A program made the translations under genes and the position numbers. 64,000 nt of DNA from Haplodiscus bocki (lineage: Eukaryota). Numbering within the stretch: the first letter of the stretch is position 1; each line of letters starts with the position of its first letter. Positions 1-9,799 of the stretch are shown here, in pieces. Where the stretch lies: the NCBI GenBank assembly GCA_965655095.1, contig OZ296652.1, positions 71,920,001 through 71,984,000 of the forward strand, read 5' to 3'. The notes below the pieces were generated by a model. That model made no database searches, had not been told where the DNA came from, and saw only the letters and a list, made by a program, of their open reading frames with translations.

Positions 1-351
1 ACTAAAAGTAGACTCGTCACATTTTATGAAAGCTTGTATTTTTCCGAAGTAAAAAATGCTTGCATTTGCAGGCAATTTTACCCGATAGCCAAGGAAAATT
101 TTACCTTGTTTTAGTGAAACTTGCAAGCTACTCTCAAGCAAAATTAGCTCCAAGCTCGTGTATTGTTACCTGAAATTTTATGTTGTTCTCGCCGAAAATT
201 TACTGCCAATTCATGCACCGCAAGTAAAACGCATGAGGGGACGGAACACGCGCTACACGTAGGTACAATTACTTGTTTTTTCATGTTACCTGAGCCATTT
301 CCAGAGATTTTTCTTCAAAAACCAAAAATTAATCGACAACAGTTCCTGATA

Positions 352-1342
352 CCCCCTAGAACAATCCTGGTGTATTCATTCTTTAGCTCACCAAATTTTT
401 GCGCTCAACTGATGCGTAGAGCCTATTTTGAGATGCTCATGGTTTGTTGCTTTTTGTCTAGGTTGTATCTATTGCCATACTTTTTTTTTCTAAAATTTGA
501 AAGTTTATCAACTTACTGAACCTAACTTCTGCGTACTAATGGTACCCTATTTAGCATACAAGATGTACTTGCAAAACCATCTTTATTTGATTAGATCGGC
601 CGAAATGACATTTGCAGAAGCTAGGTCACGTGAGACCAAAAAATGGTCTTCAGTATTTTAGAATCTTTTACGTAACAGTTCATGTGACTTCTTTTTACCG
701 TGGATGCTCTTTCATAATAAGTTTTGGATCAAGTTCACCAACTCTCTACCAGTCAATGTGATGTCAAGGCGAATTTGTTTTGACAGTAATTCCAATTCAA
801 GGCAGGAGTCCAATACAAATCGGAACATGTTCATTTCCGGGTTTAGCTTTTGGCTGCAATTATAGTTTTTTTCCTAAACAACTATTTTCCTGTCTTAAAA
901 AGCTGTCAAGCTATCCTTCGCCTTAACTGTTGCAGCGGCGAATTGTACCTTTTTTAACTTCGACAACGGATTTTTTGGATCTAGGCTCTGAGTAGCTGAG
1001 TCTTGTAAATGCCTATGAAATTATTGCAAATTCTCGTCACAGAGCATCGAACAGAGCTCGGACTTGTTACTATACCATATGAGCGACTCTGCCCTTTCAA
1101 TTTAGCTCTAGCGATGTTTTATGAGTTCAAAAATTTTTCCAAGCAGAAAGTACTGAGTCGATTGGTTTATTATCTCCATAGCAGCTCTTACGATTTCAAA
1201 ATGGTCATTATCACCTGTTTTTCAATGAGTAGACAGGGACAATTTTTATAGTCTGAAATGAAAAATGCAAAAATTTATGGGTCCTGGTTTCTAGTATAAT
1301 TCCTAACCGTGGTAAAAACCAGCAAATATTGTTACCTAGGGG
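352..1342. mobile_element. Putative non-autonomous DNA transposon with CCC...GGG ends and TA flanks
   Basis: Left end ta|ccccctagaacaat (350-365) matches the reverse complement of the right end attgttacctagggg|ta (1328-1344). The interior is non-coding with repeated GAGCTC-like words at 980-1190. Confidence 0.35.
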
Positions 1343-3139
1343 TACGTTTTGAAAAGTCTGAAAATCAGACAGGCTGACCATTTTTGAATCTCTGCACGTT
1401 ATTTCTGCCTAGGTGGTATTTTTCCCCGGTAAATTAGTTTTTTGATTGAATTTTGATCACGCTTTTGTATTCTGAAATTTACTTTTCGGAAGAATTGTGA
1501 GGAAACACAACGCATTAAACTTTCGAGTTAAAAGTCATTCCATATCCCGAAGTCTCCAGTTAAACTTGATGAACAACCATGTGATATTCCAATGAGTCAA
1601 GGCTAGAGTTCAAAGTTAGCGAAAGTCACGTTTTGCGGAGATTATTTGTTTCATCCACCAATTTTACAATCTTCAATGAAGTTGAGTCAGAAAATGAAGT
1701 TGCATACAAAACCTTTTCAATGAAAAATGTTGTTAGGCTTCCAATTTTCAACAAGTCTATCAGTTTTTATTCATTAACCCTGTCTGCAATTGGAACCCTG
1801 TTACAGTTGAATTTTTCCTGCATATTTTGATTCAACTTAATTGTGTCCTGAAATAGTGTGCAAGCTAAAATAGCCAGTGGAACAACTCTCGACTAAGAGG
1901 CCGCCGACAAACATCCTTCTGATGGAACCGTACAACTACTTGCAATACCGTATAGCAAGAAGTTCAAAGAGTCATCATGTAGAGATAGTATTGAGAACTG
2001 AAACTACACGTTAAAAAAATCAGTTTTAAACTGGCTTTGTTTCTGGAACGATGACTTTTGATTTCTAGTTGACTCAATTTTATCTTCAATACTTTCCAAA
2101 TATCACTCCATTTTTGTTTCATATGGTTGCTAAAAAACATTTGAGCATAGCTTCGGAAGCCCTCTGGCATTGCTGCTCTGCTCTTGGGCCTACCGGCCCT
2201 CCAAATTAGGCTCCAATGTCCGCGGGCCTCCAATACCCGTGTCAAAAGTATACGAAAAATCTCTGGATATAAAAAAAAAGAAAATGATATAGCAGGAAGC
2301 AAAACTTGGAAATTTTTCAAAAAAGCAACAATTGTAAAAGTGGATGAGAATTTTGAGCTAGTTCTCAAAGCAATTTTTCCTCTCGTGCTTTTTGGCGGAC
2401 AGTCACATGGGGATTTTTCGAAATTGGACATGGATAAAACCAATACCTTGGTAACAATATCTAATTGTGCGTGACTGAAAACGGCCCTCGGGATTTGCTC
2501 ATACCTCGGGAACTTCGTGTCGAGTCCAGGCACAAATCACTTCGTGCCGTTTTCAGTCAATAACAAACCTATGCTTTGGGTCTTCTTTGCAGATACGAAT
2601 CTTCCGCGTCATATGCAATGGTGGGATAGGATGATCCAAGTAACATTACATTTTTCGTCAATCTTGGAGAATTTAAAATTAACAAACTAAGCAATTCATA
2701 AAGTCCCAGGAATTTTTGAAATTTAACATGGATTACAACTGCCTGGCGGATTTTTCAATTATTTCGGTCACCATTTTTGAAAAATAAAATAACCATCTGA
2801 TACCCGTTTCAGTGCCCTTTCTCAGGGTGCCTTTCTTTACTCTGAAGGTGTAGTATTTTATTTTCTCAAAATTTTGCACAGTTTATTATAAATGCGAAGT
2901 CGGAAGCCTGATTATGTTCCTCAATTGCAACGATCTTCAAGTCAACATTGCACCTTTGGTTGCAAAAAAATTAATCTAAAGCTTTTTGTTCTACTGTTTT
3001 TAGCTGCAACAGTTTAATTAGCTACTTCTATTACTGAATTTCTTTTTATATCAAAAAAATAAAGCTTCAACAAAATTATACAAATTTTTATAGCAGAATC
3101 AGACCAAAAATTAAATTGACAGTTTCTATCTATTATTTA

Positions 3140-4066
3140 TCAGCAGCCAGGCATCAATTTTATTACATCATTATAATCAAAGTTATTTGGGTATTCGTTG
3201 AACAGTTTGACTAAATTTAATCGCTCCTTCTCGTCAGCAGTAAGTTCCGCTTTCTTTTGGAAATAAAACAACCTATGTTGATTAACTAAAGTCTGTGCTT
3301 CCAGTGGGTTCACTACCTCAGGGTCATACTCACCTCTCATTAAAATGACACCTTTTTCTTCACTGAGTTCGGAGTAAAACTGGCAGCTTACAACAATTGG
3401 AGAGTTTTCTTGGTATGTTTGATAGGAACTTAATTTGGTAAAAAGCAATGATGAGAACAAGCTCTGAGTGTAGAAAAATTCGAATCCGTCATCTCGCGGT
3501 AATGCTAAAAGAAATCTTGGATAAAGGTTCAAAAGTTCTCTATAACTTGTATAGCAATCGGTTTTGATAAGGGCACAAACATAGTTCTTCTTTGCATGAT
3601 ATTGTTTCCAGATATTCTCAATTTCATCACATTCAAGGTCCTTCAAAAGGTCAACTTTGACTATTCTGTTCAAATCTTGAGAATACGAAGCAGTTGAGGA
3701 AGGCCGAGCTTCCAATTTGGTTTTAGTCCTCATGGTATTTCTCTTGGATTCATGCGCTGAAACCATAGTCTCAGGGTCCGTTTGAGGTTTCAGCTCGGGC
3801 TTAGTTCCTTCTCGCAATGCTGATAACTTCTCAGCATACAGATGTGGATTTGAGGCTTTGAGATGCTGCAATTTTTCTTTGTATTTGTTGTAATATGGAT
3901 TCTTGCTCTCTAATAAACTTTGCTCTTTTTCAACTGCAGGAATAGTTTCAGATAAAACGCATAGAGACGAAAACGTTTTAAGTCTCCGTTCTTGAGACAA
4001 CAAGTATGAAATCATTGAAATTTTCAATCTACCTTCTCTTAACTTTAGGACATTCATCTGAAACAT
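3140..4066 (-). CDS. ATPAF1: ATP synthase mitochondrial F1 complex assembly factor 1 (ATP11 family), 308 aa, single exon
   Basis: Intact ORF. Basic, Ser/Leu-rich N-terminus resembling a mitochondrial presequence. ATP11-type blocks in order: NPYYNKYKEKL, KVDLL..DEIENIWKQYH, PRFLLALPRDDGFEFF, YSELSEEKGVILMRGE, EAQTLVNQ..FY, LFNEYPNNFDY. Confidence 0.95.
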   Translation of the reverse strand: MFQMNVLKLREGRLKISMISYLLSQERRLKTFSSLCVLSETIPAVEKEQSLLESKNPYYNKYKEKLQHLKASNPHLYAEKLSALREGTKPELKPQTDPETMVSAHESKRNTMRTKTKLEARPSSTASYSQDLNRIVKVDLLKDLECDEIENIWKQYHAKKNYVCALIKTDCYTSYRELLNLYPRFLLALPRDDGFEFFYTQSLFSSLLFTKLSSYQTYQENSPIVVSCQFYSELSEEKGVILMRGEYDPEVVNPLEAQTLVNQHRLFYFQKKAELTADEKERLNLVKLFNEYPNNFDYNDVIKLMPGC

Positions 4067-4500
4067 TTTGTATTTTAGAGAAGTCTTTACTACAACATCA
4101 TTTTTTCAATGAAAATTGAAAGTTTTTTAATGAAGTTAAATAAACTACAGCGGGATGCTATTTACGTTGCGAGCGCCTCATATTTCAAACTCCTTTTTTG
4201 CGTTGTCCAATAAAAAACCTCTTTTCTTCCAAGTTATACATACCTTTTCGCAGACAGTATCGCATCGTTTACTTTCTCAAATCAAATTAACTTAATGAAT
4301 TAAGTAATATTTAATGATCGACGCTTCAGTGCATACCTTTCAGTCACGTCAAAGCTGAAATACCAATACTTAGCTCGTTTCTTTCATATTAAATAAAAAA
4401 ACTGCTATCATACGAAGCAACCACCAGCGCTGAAACTGTATAAACACAATTTATTATCTAATTAATAGCCAAAATAACCATAATTCATCTGCAGACATAC
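4067..4500. promoter_or_regulatory. Probable bidirectional promoter shared by ATPAF1 and the CAP-Gly gene
   Basis: Only 434 bp separate two divergent ATGs. The interval is TE-free, with CCAAT words (~4207, ~4363) and a CRE-like gtcacgtca (~4343). Confidence 0.55.
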
Positions 4501-5846
4501 ATGGCTGAACAGTACAAAAGATCAAACTTTCAAATTCTGGGTGATGATTTGCGAGACACTGAGTCAAACCCCACTTTTGTGCGACAGTGCTGTATTGATA
4601 AGCAGAATCTTAGAGAAGAAGACCTTTACAACGATGAAAACTGGGACAAACCCAAAACAGGCAAAATACGAGAGCAATTCAAATACAATCGGTATGAATT
4701 CAGAAACGGGACGTCTAGTTTCTATGAACTTGAACTGAAGAAGCGGAAGCCCTGTTGTCGGTCGCAAGATGTTTCGCGACGAAAAATGAAAAAGATGGAA
4801 GACAAGGCTGCCCGATCAGCAGAAAGGGTGGACTGTTTTTTCTGTGATTGCAGCCATTGTGTTGCATTTCACAGACAGATTTTGGCGAAACACAAAATTC
4901 CTTTCATGGCTGAAAATCGAAGCCAGCCAAGTTCGCTCACGGCTCAGCGCCAATACCACAGCAGAAAGACTTGGAGGGATGAATATTGGTTGAGAAAAGG
5001 TTAATAATTCTCTTCAGACGAACATATCAAGCATACTAGAAGATACAAAGCAATTATTAATGGATACAATTTCAGAAATAATTTGTTAGTTTTTAATAAT
5101 ATCTTGAAGATTTGCCACAAGTTTATTTTATAACGTAAATTGCTACTTCAATGAATATTTCAACGCATGTTGTGTTTATTTAAAACATTTTTGCTTCAGG
5201 AGATCGTGTGGTAATTGACGGAAAATACAGTGGGAAAGTCTTGTTTTTGGGTCCGTTGAAAGATAACCTCGTGGTCTCAGAACTATACGTGGGAGTCAAA
5301 ATGGATGAATCTAACGATAAATTTGGAACTGGCATTTTCAACGGAAAATATTACTTTGAAGCGCCTCCAGGCCGTGGTGTCTTTGTGCGTTATGACCAAG
5401 TAGCGAAAATGAAAAAATTTGACCCAACAATTGAAGGTGGGCCTCATAAAAAGGTTCTCAAGAACCAATCCTCCTTAGCTTGGCTATATGGTAGAAGCCT
5501 AGATGAAGAGGAGGCGAGAGACTATTCGGCTTACAATAGGGCGAAATCAGCATCGCCCAAGCCAAAAATCAAACACGAACCGAAACTGACTTTGAAAGAA
5601 AAGCGGCAGAAAGAACTGTATCGCGAGTGGTGTTCAAAATACGGAAACAAAGCAGCACAATTGATGTGGAATAATTTGAACAAACTTGCCCACGACCACA
5701 GAGAGGAAGAAAAAAGAATTATTGAGGAAGAAAGATTAGCTGAGCTTCGCAGACAACAGGAACTTCTTGAGCAGCTAAAATTAGAAGAGGAAGCTGCTTT
5801 ACAGAACCATGAGAACCCAAAATCTCCTTTAGAGCCAGCCAATTAA
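4501..5846 (+). CDS. CAP-Gly domain protein with C-terminal coiled coil; exons 4501-4999 and 5200-5846; 381 aa
   Basis: Donor AAAG|GTTAAT at 5000 and acceptor tttttgcttcag|GA at 5199 define a 200-bp phase-1 intron. Splicing gives WLRKGDRVVIDGKYSGKVLFLG...YVGVKMD...GTGIFNGKYYFEAPPGRGVFV (CAP-Gly), followed by an E/R/Q-rich helix. Confidence 0.88.
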
Positions 5847-6835
5847 CAGTCTAAAATTATTATACTCAGGGATCGGAAAATAATAAGACCAGTATTAGTG
5901 ATGTTTTTATTAGACGGCAGTGTAACACAAGCACCATCATTAAATGCATCTAAGCGAATATCGATCGGTAAAATCCACGAGAAAATTTTGGAATTTTTTT
6001 CACTGCACTTTGCATTAAATTAATGGCATTCACTATGATATTTCAGGTGACCAGGAATAACATCTAAAATGTAACGTCTCAATACACTTCACGAATTACG
6101 TCCAAAGCCATGCCATGCTCATTCCGTATCTTAATATAATGCGTTCTAGAAGTGATTCATTTGAATCTAATGCCTGAATAACTTTAGACTTTATTCTTCA
6201 GATGTCATTCCGCCCCAACTATTTCAATGCATTAATTATTTCATGAAAACACATTTATTATTTTCCAATCCTTGATTATACACTAGCACGACGACATAAC
6301 ATTTGAATTTAAAAACTTCATATTTTCCTATCCCTGATTATTCACTAGCACTAGATAGAAATTAATTCATAAATCAAATCCATACAAACAGTAATCAGTC
6401 TAAATGTGCTTCTCGAAGTTGGTTACCTCACATCTTTGAGTGTTATGTACCATTGTGGACCGAAATGTCAAGACTCCTCCTGCTCTGAGTATAACCAATC
6501 AGCAATTTTTATTACGAATTACCATTTCGCACTACTAGTGAACGTTTAATCTGAAAAACTTGAAATAACTAATTTTAATGCTGTGATATTAGGAAGTGTT
6601 GTCTCACAGCTCCGAAGATTATCAAAGCCATAATATAAGGAAATATGTCGTCTCACAACTCCGAACGTCAGCAACTTCGAAAGTGAATAAAGTGTTGCAT
6701 AGCTCTGAAAATAGTTTGATTATTTGTACCAATGAACTCCAACTGGCCCATACATCTGAGTTAAAACAATATAAGAATCCAGTTTCAACAATTATGACAG
6801 AGAGGTGAAGCTGTGCTTCGCACGATTCCATAACG

Positions 6836-6987
6836 CAACTCCGAAAATAATAAAAGTAGTTCACAACTCCGAAAATATTAAAAGTAGTTCACAACTCCGA
6901 AAATAATAAAAGTAGTTCACAACTCCGAAAATTAAAAAAGTGATCCACAGCTCCGAAAATAAATTAAGTGTAGCTTAACTCCGAAAA
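6836..6987 (+). repeat. 28-bp tandem repeat (~5.5 copies) in the left subterminal region of the MULE
   Basis: Units of CAACTCCGAAAATAATAAAAGTAGTTCA start at 6836, 6864, 6892, 6920, 6948 and ~6976. Confidence 0.95.
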
Positions 6988-7914
6988 ATATTGATTGAAA
7001 TTTATTAACGGAATATTATTATTACAAATTGAAAACATTGCAAATTTTTATTACTTTTGGTATTAAATTGTATTACAAAGTTAGGCCATCGTATCCCAAT
7101 TGCTATCTACAGATCTATTCCCCAAACTAAGGGAATTTTTCAGCGCCAAAATTTGGGAGTTATATTTTCGCCATTTCTTTTTTTGCAAGGCAGGGACGCG
7201 TCCACGGTTGAGGTGGGCAATCTTACTTCGGGTTTCTCGTTCCTGTAATTTAAGAAAACGCTTCGAAACCCAAAAATTGGGCCTGGTACGATTATTTTTC
7301 CGATTCCACGAATTGCTCCATCCTTCACAGGCATTTGTTGTTTTTATTTCTTATTTTTTCGTTTCTATTATAGCGTCCCATAGCGTGGGGAGCTATTTGT
7401 TTTGGTTAATTTTGGCTAAGACTTGAATTTTGCGGCTCCTTTTCTACGTGCAAATGTATTTTTTGCGGGTACAAAGAGTTGAATTTTTTGTTATACGGGA
7501 ACTCACATTTCAGATGAAGGTTTACAGCAGAATGATTAAAATATTTTCAGCAAAATTGTTCACAGCATTAAAACGATTACAAACTATGAGTTGTTCAAAA
7601 ATTATTGGGAGCGATTATAAATGTACTTCTCATCCATTAGAAATTGCCGATAGGCGGCGTGACTTGAACATTCGGTCAAACGAAAACAATTATTCAGCGC
7701 AAGCTTAGCCAATAAATGCAATATTAGAGAGTCGCGGTGATACGAGGGCCGATGAATAACATTACTGCATCACGATTAAAAACGGAGGAAATTTAAGCTT
7801 TACAAAATCACAGGCCTGAAAATAAATGTGCGCTGAGAAAATTAAATGACCGAAAAGAAATAGTAAATTGACCTTTGCGTAAATAAAATGAGAAAAGTTT
7901 TCTGCTTGTGTTTG

Positions 7915-9370
7915 TTATATTATCAAAATCATTCCACATGGAAATCGGGAAAGTGCACACCCAGGTTGGGTTAAATGTCTCAAAATTTCGGCGAATCCAG
8001 GGTAAATCGAAACCAATAACTGGGCTGTCGAGCGGGAACGAAATTCAGCCATCTTTGGGCAAACTTGGGCCAGGGGCAAATACGCAGTGGCCATTATCAT
8101 TTGAATTGCGCGCTGCAATTGATTTTTCTGACTATATTCATGCTGTAGTCTGAAATCCTGAACTTTTCGAGAAAATGTCTGAGATAGGTGAAAATGGCAA
8201 CCCAGATGCTGTGTATCGGGCAAATCAGTTTCAATAGCACTGATTATTCCTCCTTCATAATCAGTAACAAATTTTTCGGGTCGAAAATTGCCTTTTCTCT
8301 TCAAAGTTTGCGATAGAAATCGGTACTGGGGGGGGCAGATTTTCCATTCATATAAGAATAAACCAATGGCAGTTTACATTCGTCATTATCTCCAAAAATT
8401 ATGTACAATTGATCATAAGGCTCTGGGGCAACTTTGAAGGTACCATCACCCAGAAGCGAAGTACATCGTCCCAAAAGATTCAGGGCTTCCCGGGTTGCGA
8501 AAATTGTAACACCTTTTGATGCATCATGTTTAAGCGAAAAGGGCTTGCCACCCAAAGTTTTTGCCCATCTTCCTTCAATGTGGATATCAGAGTGCTAAAA
8601 AAAAGTTCGAAAAATTTCGAAAAAAAAGTTTAAACGTGAAAAAATACCTCATGTGGGACAGAGGGCATTTTTTTGCAATGATTCGGTATATGCTGCTTCT
8701 TACTGATCTGTAAACCGGGGCCAGTTATGTCGGATATTCTCCCAGAACGTTGTCGAAAACTTTTTTCAGGGGGTCTTTTCCGTTTCTCTCCCCTCCCCCC
8801 ATCCAGCAGATTATTCCCCCCCCAGTCGAAGCTGTAGCTGCTGCTACCAGTTTACATGTATTTATTCACTGAATACGTCTTTCGGGAGTCAATAGACAGT
8901 GCACACAATTCACAAATCTCAAGTACCTTCCAAGAAGCTGACTGCTTGCTGAAGCTAGTTAAAGTAAACAAATAGGTAATTGCAATAACTTTAACAAACA
9001 AAAACTTGAACCATACTGCTCAGCTGAGCATATACAGGTGGGGGGGGGAATAAAAATTTTGTCAATAGGGCTGGGGGGAAGAAACGGAAAAGACCCTTTT
9101 CAGGTTTTGAGTTGGGTCTTTTTTCAGCCTTTTTTCCATTTTTTGTCAAATTTTCTCCATAGTCAGATCATCCAGAGATTCCTCAGGGTGACTATGAGGA
9201 GTTGGGAGCGACGAAATAAAGGTAATATTTGAATCAACTATCATTCTTGTACCGCATCTGCAATTGCATTCCAAATATATTTTTGAGTGGTTTTCTTGTT
9301 AATTTTGTACATAAAATTTTCGTCATAAATCAATTTTCTACGTTTACCTTGAAGAATTTCAGGCATTGTC
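7915..9370 (-). pseudogene. FLYWCH + MULE (DDE) transposase, frameshifted and interrupted
   Basis: FLYWCH-like KLIYDENFMYKINKK...YIW (9241-9370). MULE motifs LGDGTFKVAP..YDQLYII, LPLVYSYM, FVTDYEGGIISAI and LGCHFHLSQ. Frameshift at ~8304. Confidence 0.9.
8771..9096. mobile_element. 326-bp MITE inserted in the MULE
   Basis: Perfect 17-bp TIR GGGTCTTTTCCGTTTCT / AGAAACGGAAAAGACCC and a perfect 8-bp TSD TTTTCAGG (8763-8770 and 9097-9104). Confidence 0.9.
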
Positions 9371-9799
9371 AACTTTTTTGCAAACCAATAATGTTTAAAA
9401 AGAAGGCCGAAAACTAACGCCGCGTGGGTCACGTGACTGAAAAATTTGGCGGCACAAGTCGGAAAATAAATTTGCGTTGCACAAGACCGAAAATGAATTT
9501 AACACCAACCCCTCCCCCCTCCCAACCCTGAAGCGAAATCGTGATTTAAAACATTTTTTTTTCACTTATTCGGTTTAAATTTTCGCATATCCATTCTGGC
9601 GTGTGTGTGTGGGGGGTGGTGGTGGTGGAATTAACAGAAATCGGTTGTTAAATTGGATTGGACGAGAGATTTAATCATTTTTAATTATTTTAGTCTAAAT
9701 AAAGTTTCGGAGTTAAGCTACACTTTTTTTATATTTATTTTCGGAGCTGTGAACGTTGGGAGCTGTGAGACGACACCCTTCGCACTTGAGCCAATGGTA

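Larger units (their letters stand above)
6596..9777 (-). mobile_element. Mutator-like (MULE) DNA transposon, decayed, with terminal inverted repeats
   Basis: Left gtgttgtctcacagctcc (6596) and tgtcgtctcacaactccgaacgt (6646) match the reverse complement of the right end ggagctgtgagacgacacc (to 9777). An inner block (cacagctccgaaaataaat..aagtgtagcttaactccgaaa, 6946-6987) is mirrored at 9705-9752. Encloses a MULE transposase. No TSD found. Confidence 0.85.

Noticed and set aside
163-519. 118-aa ORF
   Set aside because: TTG start, low-complexity hydrophobic translation, and it spans a putative transposon end.
5283-5842. Antisense ORFs 5283-5468 and 5531-5842
   Set aside because: They are shadow frames of the CAP-Gly exon.
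6836-6987. CRISPR-like regularly spaced repeats
   Set aside because: The units are head-to-tail with no unique spacers, there are no cas genes, the context is eukaryotic, and the repeat is part of a transposon end.
6585-9790. 9-bp TSD for the MULE
   Set aside because: The flanks at either candidate left end (6596 or 6646) do not match the right flank cttcgcact.
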